39,978 nt of DNA from Trypethelium eluteriae (Eukaryota), in contig JAVECL010000173.1 in the NCBI GenBank assembly GCA_051942245.1, positions 1 through 39,978 on the forward strand, written 5' to 3'. Positions 1 through 12,280 of this stretch are shown in pieces. The position numbers and the translations under genes were made by a program. Under the pieces are notes generated by a model. That model ran no database searches, had not been told where the DNA came from, and worked only from the letters and a program-made list of their open reading frames with translations. Numbering within the stretch: the stretch's first letter is position 1; the number at the start of each line of letters is the position of its first letter.

Positions 1-1000
1 GCCTCATTCCCCACCACCACCATCTCCACCCCCTCCCACGCCTTCGCACCACCACCATTCGCCGCCTGGCTCCAAGCCACCAGCTCCTGCACCTGCGGAC
101 GCGCGCCGCTGACCCCGCGCTCGTCGATGTAGATGCCTAAGATCAGGCGCAGCCCGTGCGACGACGCGGCGGCGCTGACGCTGTCCAGGCCGGAGCAGTC
201 GGGGGCGTAGAGTCGGATCGTGGTGAAGCCTTTGGTGGCGATGAGGGCGATGTCGGCGGAGACGGAGGCGGCGGATTTGCAGGCCCCGGACGCGTCGTAC
301 GGCGTGTAGGTTATCGCCCATTTGTTGCCGTTCGTGTGGTGCGTGGTGGAGGGGGAGGAGCTGGTTGGGTTGGTGGCTGGGGAGGTGGAGGAGAGCGAGG
401 CGGTGAGGGAGGAGGAGGGACCGGCGTAGGAAGGTGCGGCGGCGGGGATGCCGGCTTCGGAGGGGGACGATTCGGATGGTGGTGATGCCGTGCTGGCGCT
501 GATGGAGATTACTGTGGTTGCGGGGGCGGAGGAAGGAACTTCGCTGTATGACTTGATGGAGGCGGAAGAGCTGGGAATTGCGGTGGCTTTGGATGTCGTG
601 ATGGTCGTGAAGGGAGAGATGGTTTCTACGCCATTTGGCGCCGCTATGTATTTGTTAGCAGGTTTGTCTTATCGATAGCAAAATCATCTTATACGAATGC
701 AGAACCTGGACCTTCTACCCCATCGCCTTTGGTGTTGTATGGAAAAAGAAGACATTTTCGTCGGCAAAGGAGGAACAGGCAAGATGAAATCCATCCAATA
801 GCCCGAAGCAAAAAGAAAAAGGACTTACATGTTGCTTCTTCATACACCGTAACTGTATGGGTCGGGCACGCACACGTCGCATCCACTTCTCCTCGAATCT
901 CCAAGGCATTATAATCGTGGAAATCTATGTAATCGACATGCAAGGATTCTGCTGTCGCGAGGCTCAACAGCGTTGTCGCGGCGAATATAGCCGTCTTCAT
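1..1000 (-). CDS. Secreted GH17 cell-wall glucanase/transglucosylase (Scw11/BtgE-like), 3' end runs off the window
   Basis: ATG at 1000 gives signal peptide MKTAIFAATTLLSLATA. Intron 644-828 (GTAAGT...GCTAAC...ATAG) keeps frame. A Ser/Thr/Pro-rich linker is followed by GH17 motifs ITYTPYDASGACKS, GFTTIRLYAPDC, LILGIYI and VVVGNEA at the window edge. The main exon is missing from the ORF track. Confidence 0.88.
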
Positions 1001-1834
1001 GCTGAATTTATGGATGTTTCAGCTGATTAAGGATAGAGATGGTGCAATTGGCACAATGCAAGAGTATTTTTCCCGAATGATAATGAGGGCCTGCTGAATG
1101 AGTGAAGCAGTAATGGAGAAATTAGATTAGCTACCGCGTATAACGAGTGAATGAATGACAGTAGACGAGGCTGCTGGATAGAGACACAGTACAAAGACGA
1201 AAGGGATAAAGGAAAGGAGAGCACGACCTCTCCTTAATGCAGGCGTTCTCTATGCGCCGCATGTATGTACCGTTCCTTTGTGAGGGTTTGCCTAACATCT
1301 CCCAACTTGATCAAGTTCGGTAGCTAGAGCGCGTCTCATGTGATGCTTTTCCTCATGAACCATTCCCATACGAGAGAATTCGCCCCATTTAAGGCTAGAA
1401 ACATCTTTTCTAGGCGAGCAGGCTGGGCGCAGAATGGGCAAAGTCACGGCAGGCCCAGGAAATGAGATCAATAGTGCAGTCTGGGGAAAGACCCGTTGTT
1501 TGGCTGGGGAGGAAAAGCGTTGGCCTAAAACGCCTAGCTTGCTTGGCGTCACGCAATTGGAATGGCGCCACCCCTTCCCGACAACTTCAGCACCTCATTT
1601 GCCGTAGAGTCGTTGCAATTGATTACTTTTCGATGATCTCGCGTACTCCGTACTGGCCGCTGATCGCCTCTGCTAATCAAGGAGCTGAGGTCGTAGCCCG
1701 TTTGACGCCTCCGAAGGAGCACAGCTGTGAAACGTCGAAATAACATATCTTGCTAAACTGCCAATTACAGGAACGAAAGAAGGTGCTACAACCGTAACTG
1801 AGGGCTGCATTTCAACCTTGCGGTACGAAATGCA

Positions 1835-3026
1835 TTACGCTTCGGCTATATCTAAAGCCTCACGTCTTGACTTGCTACCGAGGTCAAAGTATGGCCTTTC
1901 TCCCAGACTTACGGCTCGCTGTCCAGTACGACGACCCAGACCTTCATAATCATACGTCCCAGTGTGAAGCACACTGCGATTATCCCAAATCGCCACGTCA
2001 TTCGGGTTTTGCCATCGATACCTCACCTGTAAATCATGATTTTCAGTTACGAGACTCATGAACCAGTCCAAAGCATGCCTGCTCTCAGCTTCTGTGAGGC
2101 CATTGATTTGTTGTACATGAGTGCCGACTCCAAACAAAGATTTCCAGCCAGTGACAGGGTTAGTCCGAACGACAGGATGTACAGCGGTAAGAGCAGCGCC
2201 CACGTTCTCAGGAGCTCCGCGGGGCTTGCTATAGAGTTCGAAGTTATTTGCCTTAGCCGAGGCGTGGAATTTCGGTTGGGCGAAAGTAGCAGTAAGCGAT
2301 TCGAAAAACCTTTGATATGGGGTGGAGAGACGATCAAAAAGCTCATAGCCCGAAGCCCAGAGAGTATCTGCAATATGCAAGCACCGAAATCGTTAGGACG
2401 ACTGCTTTCTCAAGATGAAGAGCGATATCTTACCGCCACCAGTCTTGGGTAGCTCTGTTAATCTGAGTACGGCATAGTCGCTTGGTACAGGTTCGAACGC
2501 GACATCGCTGTGCCAACTCGATCTTGCGCTTTGGTTCTTACCAGAGAAGGCAGCCATGCGATCCTTGTACAGCTCTTTCGCCTGTTCGGAGCTAATAACG
2601 CTGATCTCGTCGTCTTTACTGCCAAGTCTACGCCCAGAGTTGTTGACAGGATGGATGTGTAGCTTGGATGTCTTGGGCTTGCCAGAGAGTTCACCGAGAC
2701 GTTGTGCAAGCTCCTTTTGGAGGTCATTGTCAAGATCGTCTTGCTTGCGGAAAAATACAACGCCACGTTGGGAAACTAACTGTTTCATTAGCAGACAAAG
2801 GGAGACCAGTGGAGATATCTTTCTTACCTATAATAGCAAGATCGCGGATGAAATCGTCAGAGTTGGGAGCATGTAGCCATTCCTCCAAGTTTACATTGAC
2901 GAATTCTGTACCGATGATCGGAGTGGTGTCGAACGATTGGTAATTGTCCAAGATTCCCTTTGGCTTCAATGCTCTCTGATATCTGCTTTTCGCTAGCATT
3001 GCTACGTTGAAGGTATTAGTAGACAT
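1835..3026 (-). CDS. TauD/TfdA-family Fe(II)/2-oxoglutarate dioxygenase (Jlp1-like sulfonate dioxygenase group)
   Basis: Three exons; introns 2776-2827 and 2368-2433. Motifs TPIIGTEF, QRGVVFFRKQ, WHSDVAFE (HxD), GGDTLWASGY, HPVVRTNPVTG and WDNRSVLH. Confidence 0.93.
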
Positions 3027-4325
3027 CGTGAAAGTCGTAACTTCCTAGATGCAAAGCATGTATGAAGAAGTCTAAAAAGCTCAATGAACTCATCATCATA
3101 GAATTTATAAATGAAGTGTACGCGCGAAACGTAAAGCTCTCGTTACTTCACGTATCTCCATACATCCGGACGGTTAACCCCACAAAGACTACGGATGCAC
3201 AGTAAAGGGCTAGTAGAGCTTCGATATGGTATACATGACACGCTGCAGAAATTGGCTTAGCCAATATGCCAGACAACAATTCTGTAAGAAAGGATATGTT
3301 AGTCACTAAGTTTATTTCGGATGTACGGCTCGATCTGTGAAGTGATGGTTAAGCTCGGCTCTAAACGAAGTTCCGGTGAAAACGCTCTTCTCTTCTCGAA
3401 TTGAATCATTTAGGATTCGGCGATCGATCTTCGGAATGTCCGAAGTTGGAGATCGTCATAAGGAGCCGACGAAACCATCTAATTTCTGATGCCGTCACTG
3501 AAGCCATGTCGTTTAGCTTCGAACAGGAGATCAAGGATTAACGGCATCTTCTAGCATTTAAATCTCAATGCTCCATTTGAAGATCAAAAAAGAGTACACT
3601 CCCAATCCCTTTCTGTCTTGTCTCAGAGCCCATTCCTGATCACAATTTGTGTGCATCTTCATCATGGACCTTTCTGGTGAGCGTCTAACTGTCTTCCAAG
3701 GTTCGTGTCTGAGTAGACATTACATGACCCTTGGGCAACTGTACTATTGACGCTCTTTCTTGTTAGTAGAAAAGAGGTGGTCAGAAAAAGGTGTCTCATC
3801 GATTAAAGTGTATCTGCAAAGCTAGTGTTCAAGATGAAAAGAGATGCACAGCTTGGAGGGATTTAAGTACTCCAGGGGCCCACCAGAGCCTCGACCCGGG
3901 ATTACATAAGCTACAGTCCGTTCCTGCCATATGCAATGACATCGCGATTGTTTTACGATTTTCCTTCAGACCTTGAATCAATGAAAAGAGATGGCCAAGC
4001 ATTGACATTACTAACAAATGCCCTCAATCTTCAAGCGTTCATCCTCAACGAGACGCCTTGGGAGACTTTTCAACCGTAGGATCAAGCTTTGCAGCATCAA
4101 ACTCTTATTGCGATACAGAGAATCTTCAGATGGAGGAATTATTGCCCAATTAATTCGTAAAGTACAAGTGTGGAGTCCTATTCGATGACGGACAGGCAGA
4201 GCTGGTCTAAGAAGTGCTATATTATTATGCTATACACGGTCCACGGGTTTGAAGACTATCGTGGAGTCTTGAATGTAAATACCCAGTCCATGACTTCTTT
4301 CACGACACGGTGGTGGCTCCTTCCA

Positions 4326-5048
4326 CTATCCTGAAGCATGAAATATTCGGCGCAATACCTGAACATCCGGGGACAATTTCTGCAGCGCCAGTGCGAGCTC
4401 GTCAGCGGCAGCAACGAGCGCTTCAGTTGACACTGGTTCCAATGCATCCAAGATGAAAAGCACGCAGGTGGTTTCATCAGTCAGAGCAGTCCGAGAACAC
4501 TGGCGCCAATTCCAGCGGCGGCAGGTGACTCCGCCGTTGTCACACCATACAACTTCACCAGGATCGGGAAATTCCACGACGTTTTCACCGCCGGCAGTTG
4601 TCTCGAAGCGCTCTTGACCAGTAGCGCGGATCAGAAATGGCGATCCGACGTACTTGGCTACGTTCTCGCCGCCCAGTGGGATCTGATGCTTGATTGAGAT
4701 AGCATTGTAGATATCCGTCAACCGATTGATCCGAGGTAGTCCGCCCTCCGCACGACGCATCAGAGACTCCAAGCTGTTGCGAGTACGTTGTGGTTTGGCT
4801 CCGAAAGATTTGTAGGCTTCTCGCCACGATGCCACATGCGGGATTTCCGTGACTGGGTGTTGTGTTAATGCCGTCCGGGCTGAAGCTTCGGCTTCTTGCA
4901 TGAGGGTTTCGCTGGCGCTATCACTCGGACCCGGAGGAATGCCATGAACGATGATCAACAGCGCGCGATAGTCTGGACGCATGCCAAAGACTTCTGGGGC
5001 TATTCGCGTGCCGTCTAGAAATGATTGCAATCTCTGAGCCTCGGTCAT
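4326..5048 (-). CDS. Stand-alone B3/B4 (PheRS-beta editing-like) domain protein, putative trans-editing aminoacyl-tRNA deacylase
   Basis: Intronless 240-aa ORF from ATG 5048 (MTEAQRL). Motifs WREAYKSFGAKP, SLESLMRR, LPRINRLTDIYNAISIKHQIPLGGE and GEVVWCD..GVTCRRWNWRQ are typical of free-standing B3/4 proteins. Confidence 0.88.
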   Translation of the reverse strand: MTEAQRLQSFLDGTRIAPEVFGMRPDYRALLIIVHGIPPGPSDSASETLMQEAEASARTALTQHPVTEIPHVASWREAYKSFGAKPQRTRNSLESLMRRAEGGLPRINRLTDIYNAISIKHQIPLGGENVAKYVGSPFLIRATGQERFETTAGGENVVEFPDPGEVVWCDNGGVTCRRWNWRQCSRTALTDETTCVLFILDALEPVSTEALVAAADELALALQKLSPDVQVLRRIFHASG

Positions 5049-5663
5049 GATTGAATGGTGGCAAGAAGGTAAGAGGGTAATGGGCACGTGTAACTTGGAG
5101 GCTGGGCTCAGAGACGCGTACGAAGACGAGCAAACGAGTAAAGGAAATTTCCTTGATTGCAGGCTTCCTACAGCCGTCAAACACGGTGATAACTCGAAAT
5201 GTTCAAGTCGGGTGCACCCTCCTGATATAAATGCGATCGTTAATTGTCTTGGTCAGAACAGGAGAGTAGCAAGGCGGAGAGCTATACCTGTTCGGGAAAA
5301 TTCTTTACATAATACCAAGGAGAAACTGACCGAAGTTGACACAGACCACCTGCCCTATCTTCTGCCCTATCTCCTCCCACCTCTCATTATTTTCATGGTT
5401 TTACTGCCTACAATGCCCAGAGATATTATTTTCCGATATCAGCAGAGCAGAAAGCCAAAATTTTACTGTCAAGTTCCAACACATAAGACATGAGAGGTGT
5501 TTGTTGTTGTTGTTTGGGTGGTTGGTGTCAAATTCGGTCATATTTTCCTTCCCTGGAGAGACATCTAGAATGAGCAGCATGAGTCACAGCGTATCGTCTG
5601 GTTGCAGTAAACTGCCCATAAATTCTTATCTTCGAGCTCCATGCAACTTCCTGAGCTTCCAAA

Positions 5664-6506
5664 TCATCTCTTCGCTCCCCACCTCTGCACACTACCAGCC
5701 ATATGTGTCTCCCCTATCTCTTGGAATCCTTGAACAACCCCTTTCCGGTCTCCTTCCCCAATCTCTTGACTCATTTTAAACTTCCCTCCCAATCTCTTCA
5801 CATCCACTTGGACACCTACAATGCTCTTTTTCAGTAACGTGATGTATTTTTCTGGCGCGTCCTTTACTTTCCAATCCCCTTTTGAGTTTGCTTGACCAAA
5901 CCCCATCCCGAGCTCTTCCTGGCGCGATAGATCTTCGATCGCTTCCTGAAGGAATGTTGTTGAGACATCGGATGTTGTGGAAGGAAATACAGTGATTTGT
6001 CCATAGGCCTGGACTGCCTCGTAGTTCCAAGTAGGCACAACTTTGCCGGTCGCGGGTTTGGTCGAAGTATAGAACTTCGGTGTCACGTAGTGAGAGATGG
6101 GCCCAGTGAATAGCACGAGCACTTCGTCTTGTAGTGTTACGGGCTGATCCGGTAATTGGCCACTCCCGGCTTCATCAACGAGATTGGTCTTGGAACTACC
6201 GGAAGCCTGCACTGCTGCTGCGATCAGCGCTTTGGCTTGTGGGTTTGCGCGGGCCATGTGGCCACGCAGTCTGCCTAAAGGCTTGCCATTGCTTGCACGC
6301 CAAGCAGCATCAAGAGAGGGGTCAGTCGCTGGGGTGGTGGAGTCATATTCAGTTGGAAAGTCGAAAACCCAGGGAATATGACTGGCCTGAATGAGAGGGT
6401 GATCAGGCGAAGGGATTGCTGTGTTAAGGACGCCAAGAGGATTAGTCTGGAGGAAAGAGAAAAGGGTCGGAAGATAATTGTTTGCATGAACTTGTCGAAG
6501 GTACAT
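5664..6506 (-). CDS. PaiB-family split-barrel protein ('FMN-binding negative transcriptional regulator' family)
   Basis: Intronless 280 aa. Motifs MYLR..H, ASHIPW, LRGHMARANPQ, HYVTPKFY, KVVPTWNYEAVQAYG and GKFKMSQE. Confidence 0.9.
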   Translation of the reverse strand: MYLRQVHANNYLPTLFSFLQTNPLGVLNTAIPSPDHPLIQASHIPWVFDFPTEYDSTTPATDPSLDAAWRASNGKPLGRLRGHMARANPQAKALIAAAVQASGSSKTNLVDEAGSGQLPDQPVTLQDEVLVLFTGPISHYVTPKFYTSTKPATGKVVPTWNYEAVQAYGQITVFPSTTSDVSTTFLQEAIEDLSRQEELGMGFGQANSKGDWKVKDAPEKYITLLKKSIVGVQVDVKRLGGKFKMSQEIGEGDRKGVVQGFQEIGETHMAGSVQRWGAKR

Positions 6507-7891
6507 CTTGCCGTCTCAAGCGGAGGAGTGAAAACCGAGCTAGAAGGGAAATCCAATTGAATCTTAGATGGTTAGGGACATGGCAACGTAGAGTCCTACA
6601 AAGCAATGAGAAAGTCGCACTTGCAATAGCCGTATACGGGAGAAGGTGTCAATGGGTCAACCGGGTCTTTTCCGCGGTGTCTGCATCGTATCTCCGGTTG
6701 AGAAAAGGAAAGGGACAAAGGTTGAGCAGATTTAGGGCCGTATTATTAAGGACAAGACCTGGACCGCCAGGGCTTGGTGGACTAGCAACTGGCGCCCGGA
6801 CCATGTGGGCTCTCCAGCTTCTGCCCCACTTCTAGTTCCGACATACAAAAAGCTCTCATAGCTCTATAGAGATCGAAAGTATAAGGTAGTCACATTGTAA
6901 CACAGTCAGAAGTATGAAATTTAGATAAGCGAACACAGTCGCACTGGGGAGGCTCTTTATCCTAAACATGAACTCGGTAGGATGACAATTTGCTTCTGAA
7001 AGGACCGCATTTGCCATTTAGGTCCTTTCTGCCTTCATTGCTTAGAAACCTCTGGGCTGGGGTTATCCAATAACGTGAAGTCTGCTTTAAATTCTGAAGC
7101 TGCACTGTTTTTGGCATGGGCATTTGCTACACTACACCCAGCAAAGTGCGATTCTATCCCAGCGTTCCATCTGTTCCTTCCTTTATAGATTTTTTCCAAT
7201 CCCATTCCTAGTAGATAGAAGGTAATCTGGCTTTGTACCACTCTCGTGGTACCACACATTTCTGCATGAGGATTAATATCGTTTTTTCTTTTGAAGATCA
7301 AACTAGGAAAACAACTATTTGAAAGGGTTTTATGGTAATTTTCATCTGCAAGATGCCTAAAATAGTGAATGCCTATGCATAGTCTATGTGATCTAATACC
7401 CCCAGAAGATCTTATGTCTTTATGAAATTGTACAATTTTGTTAGGAGGAAAAAAAGACTGATATGGTGGGTCTAATCAGAAGAACAGAAGTCTGAAGGAG
7501 ATTCATCTGCAGCCAGAGATAAAAGATCGTGGGAGGCTTTCAAACTGCCAGAAATTGTAGAGAATTGGACTTTTTCCTTCTTTTCTGGCATCCATTGTCC
7601 CATAACTCCAGGAGGAAAATGACGATTGTATTCTCTTGGTTATCAAGCTCCTTGGTCAACATACGTCCTTCACCGTAACTTCGCTCAGCCAGTCAAGCGA
7701 GTGAATGACCTGTCCAGTATCATATTGTGCCTGCTTGTTAAGCCTTGATAGACTGGGTCTTAGTGAAATCCTTGCGAGAAGTTACGTATGCGACTGCACT
7801 CTTTGCATTGATGTCTTGATAGAACTACATAGCATTACTGAAATCGAAACTATGTAGCCACCAGTTATCGTGTATAGATCCTAATTGCCCT

Positions 7892-9517
7892 TCATGATGA
7901 ATTCGAGTTGTCGGCACAAGTCCAGGCACTTGAACCACCTGAGGCTTTGTAGCTGTCAATTATACCGACAATCGATCCATAAGTACCAGCTATCGTGAGG
8001 AACCAACCAGCAACAATGATAAAGATACACCAGCCGACCATAAACATCCATCTGGTACTTTTCTTTGTCTTTCCCTCATGCCAGTGATCGTAAAGCCACA
8101 TGCACCCCATGGGCTGGAGCGACATCAATGTGCCGAGAAGAGCACCGACAAGAGCAACAAGGCCACCGAAGACAGGAATGGCACTGGCGATGATGTAGGC
8201 GATGATGGTGTTGCCAGCAGTGCAGCTTATCCAGGTCACCCAGTGGACAACGGTGTTTTGAGTAAGATGCTTGGAGCCCCGGAGGAAACGTATGAAAAAG
8301 TACTTTGCCGAAAGCTGGAAAAAAACGTCAGATGAGCACTAACATTATGAAGAAATTGCCTTACATGTACATAGAGCATTGTGGTAACGATCAATCCCGG
8401 CAGAGCAATTCCGTAGCACACCTTCTTCATGGTCTTGCCAGCAGATCCAAGTGCGGGAGATGCGACGAAAGATCCGCAGTAACAGTAGACGACGCAGCCG
8501 ACTGTAATATATACAGCGGTCATAGTTCCTTGGCAGATGGCAAGTGACCGGGTGTAATGGCGGGGATCACGCATCTCGGCAGCAATGTTGAAGAAGGCAG
8601 GCGTACCGGCATACGCGAATACGATTGATGAGAGGGATGCAAAAGCATCAGCAGTACTTGGACTCTTGAACAATTTGTAATCTGACTGCCAAGGGCCGGT
8701 CTGTGGTGCTGCGGCGGGCCGATCTTGCACGCCAACAGAGATCGTCAGTGTCAAAACTGATATGGATGTTAGTTTTGTTGAGAAGTATCAAGAATTGATA
8801 ATGACAATGACCTACTTGCCGTAAGAATAGAGACTATACCGACCCACGCGAGCCATGAGACGCGTTCGAGTGTCTGGATACTGCCAAACATAAAGCCAAT
8901 CATGGCAGCGACAGCGACAAAAACAGCAGTGCAAGTACCGTGAGACGAAATGGCATTCAACGCGGTTGCGATGCCGAGCATGGCTGAGCCGCTAATAAAG
9001 ATCACATCTATTTGAAATTAGCGGTAGCCACTTGAACCAACTAGATTCACGCACAAAGAGCGAAAGTTATGCCGAAGATCTCGTAACCAATCCGGCCGAA
9101 CAGCTTTCGACCCACGTCGTCGATACCGTATACATCGGCATGGCGTAGCTTGAAGCGACCCACGATGTAATCAGACCAGGTAGTCATAACGCCAACAACC
9201 AGCAGACAGATGATCCCTGGGATAAGGCCAAGACTATCGAAAACTTGCGGAATCGAGAGAACACCCAGGCCAATCTGTGTCTTCAACATCAAAACAGTAG
9301 TTCCTTTCCAGCCAACCTAAGGAAAATCAGTAATGTGCACTGTCAGCTTGATCCATCCTTGACCTACAGCACGGTAGTTCGGACCACCTTCAGTGATCTC
9401 CCCAAAGACTGCATCGCTGACTGATGCTCGTCTTTGCTCGCCATGGGCAATTGATGTGGTAGGATAAATGTCATTTTCCTCATCCACCTTCTTCTCGAAG
9501 TTGTCAAAGTGAGGCAT
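7892..9517 (-). CDS. AAAP-family (Mtr-like) neutral amino-acid permease
   Basis: Multi-exon gene (about 4 introns). Motifs DAVFGEITEGGPNYRAVGW, KTQIGLGVLSIP, FAYAGTPAFF.I.AEMRDPR.Y and C-terminal WTCADNSNS; many hydrophobic segments. Confidence 0.92.
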
Positions 9518-10298
9518 TTTAAATGACTAGTAGACGGGAAGAGACAGATGCATGAATTGCAATGATATGCGCAGAGACTTGAGCCTCAGTAGGTAAGGAT
9601 GAAAGGACCTTGGTAGATGTGTAGAAAGAAATCTACAACCCCGGCCGTTATTTATAGTTAGTTTCGAGCTTTTCTCGAAAAGCGGACGAAGCCTGGGATA
9701 CATATTAAAGTCAGACATCCAACGCTATCTTCTCTGGGAAATGAGATGCAATTAGCGCATGCAAGGTGCACCCTAGATGGAGGGAAGAGGGGGCTCAGAC
9801 CTCGATAGCCCATGGGGTTGACGGCGCTATCCGAGTACTAGATTTCTCGGACTCGTTCCCGAGAATTATGTATACGGTCATGTTCTGAACGAGAAAGGTC
9901 TAATTCAAGCCTCAAATCGATGCAATGGTGGCGATAAGCTCATCGGCGAGCGATACAGATAGAGCCTGCGATAAGAAATTTCTTGCGAGCAAGAAAGGCT
10001 GATCTAGGCCATACGGATTTCTTCCAGGCTGATCGGAGATTATCGCCATTGAGTGTCCAGTGCACTTGAAAGCTATCAAAGGTACTGAATGCCTCCATTG
10101 CTTCTTTCGCAGTTAACGTGTATTCCCATGCTCCACATACCTCATGCAGTCCCACCTTGCAGTGGGCTGTCCGACGTCATCCTGCAAGCCCAAAAAGTCA
10201 GAGCCTAGGCGTAGACAAAGTGGCAATTTAGCAAGTATCTATGAGGCTATTGAGCGACTCAAGATTACAGGGTCGTTCGGAAGCGGGCCCTTCATCGC

Positions 10299-12117
10299 TC
10301 ACATTGCCCCTTCCTCCATGTTGCTAGGATACATGACCTCATCCAACTTGTTGAACTCTTCCTTTAGAGTCCTGGGTGCTACAAATCTCATTAACAACCC
10401 ACTGCTGCCCGCCTTATCACATGTTCCACTGGCTCTCGCGCCGCCAAAACTCTGCTGTCCAATCACTGCCGCTGTGATCTTACAATTAATATAGAAGTTT
10501 CCGGCCGCATACCGTAGTCTATCCTCGGCTTCCCGAACCGCCTTCTGGTTGTTGGAGAAGATGTTGCCTGTGAGCGCGAAGCCACCGCCGTGGCTATCGA
10601 TGTGACTGAGGGTCTCCGAAAATTTATTGTCGGGGTAGACATAAGTTGCGAGTACGGGACCAAAGAGCTCCTTATCGAAGACCCAGTGACTGGGGTCGGA
10701 CACGTTATAGAGTGTAGGGCTGATGTAGTAGCCCACGCTATCATCATACGTGCCGCCAACAATCGTCTCGACTTTAGGATCTTTGTTCGCTGCGTCGATG
10801 GCGGAACTGATGCGCTCAAAGGCCTTCTTGTCGATGACGGGCCCAGTAAAGGAGGTATAATCTTCCGGTGGTCCGACTTTGATGCGGGCGAGTTCCTTTC
10901 TCATTTCTGAGAAGAAGAGCTTCGATTGGCTTTCGGGAACATAGATGCGAGAGCAGGCAGAGCACTTTTGGCCGGCGTACTCATAGGCAGCACGAACAGT
11001 GTGTCTAACGGCGTTGGGTACGTCGGCGGACGGTCCGATGAGATGAAAGTTCTTACCAGACGTCTCGCCTGCTAGTCTAGGGAAGTCGCGATACTTTTTC
11101 TCGGCGTGGCCTTTCGCAGCTTTAACGTGCAACCCTCGGAAGACGTCAGACGAACCGATGAAGGATAGAGCCGAGAATTCGCGATGGTTGAAGACTACGT
11201 CAGTAATCAATGCAGCGTCTCCATTAACGAGTTGTACAACGCCCTCGGGAAGACCAGCTTCGAGCAAAATCTTGTGGACCAACCAACTTTGGTATGCCGT
11301 CATAGGTGCTGGCTTCCAGACAACCACGTTGCCCATTAATGCAGGTGCAGAGACGAGATTACCGCCGATTGCCGTGAAGTTGAAGGGTGAAACGCTGTAG
11401 ACGAATCCTTCTAGTGGCCGCCAGTCTGTTCTACCGTAATGGCTCGGTGCGTTGACCGTAGGCTGCTTATCATAGATCTCTTGAGCGAACGAAACATTGT
11501 AGCGGAAGAAATCTGCCAACTCCGCGGCAGCATCAATTTCTGCCTGCCATGCATTCTTTCCCTGGCCTAGCATTGTAGCAGCTAACAGCTCGAATCTGTA
11601 CTTCCCCGAGACAAGATCCGCCGCTCGCAAGAAGATGGATGCCCGGTCTGTGAAGGGCATGTCTCGCCATTCCTTCTTGGCCCTGAGCGCGGTTTCGATA
11701 GCTTTCTCGACATCTTCTTTCGATGCTGAGGCGAATTGTTGGAATGTCGATGCGTGCTCATGCGGTTGGTGCATCGACGTGAGGTCGGCTGAAGGGTCGA
11801 CTGTGGCGTTGAGACTACCGAGAGCTGGAACTCTGACAGGAAGACGTGCCTTCAGATCTTCCAGCGCCGTGGCCAGCTTTTGGCGCTCGGCCGACCCTGG
11901 GGCGAAGTGTAGCTGCACACAAGTTTTAGCGAACTGTATAAGACCACCTCGCGCAGGCTGGGCTTACATTGGGTTCATTGAACGGCTTTGGTACTCTGTA
12001 AGTGCCAGACGTAAGGGTTCTTGCGGTCCCTACACGTTGCTGCACACACAATCGACTCTGCCATGAGCTCCATGATCGAAGAGTCAGTCCATGATTTCGT
12101 AAGGTGGCTGATCGCAT
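10299..12117 (-). CDS. PUT2: Delta-1-pyrroline-5-carboxylate dehydrogenase (ALDH4/PrnC), mitochondrial
   Basis: Arg/Ser-rich presequence; intron 11913-11967 joins PFNEPN to LHFAPGS. Motifs GQGKNAWQAEIDAAAEL, SPFNFTAIGGNL, GETSGKNFH, EYAGQKCSACSR (catalytic Cys) and FGGARASGT. Confidence 0.95.
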
Positions 12118-12280
12118 TGTGCTGAGGAGGGGATATCCAGAGCGATTGAATGCTCTCTACGATATTCCGTCGCTCAAATTCCGGCGGGACCCATCAGAAA
12201 AGCAGCATTGCGGACGCGCAAACAAAACCTTCACGGCGCTACAATGTATTGTCAACGTATGGAAGGCGTCCGGCCATCAT

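Noticed and set aside
4..678. ORF-track ORFs 4-321, 156-485 and 448-678
   Set aside because: These are alternative-frame or antisense shadows of the GC-rich GH17 exon.
5664..6506. Piperazate (N-N bond) biosynthesis via a KtzT-like PaiB protein
   Set aside because: No ornithine N-hydroxylase or NRPS in the window; the family is widespread without that role.
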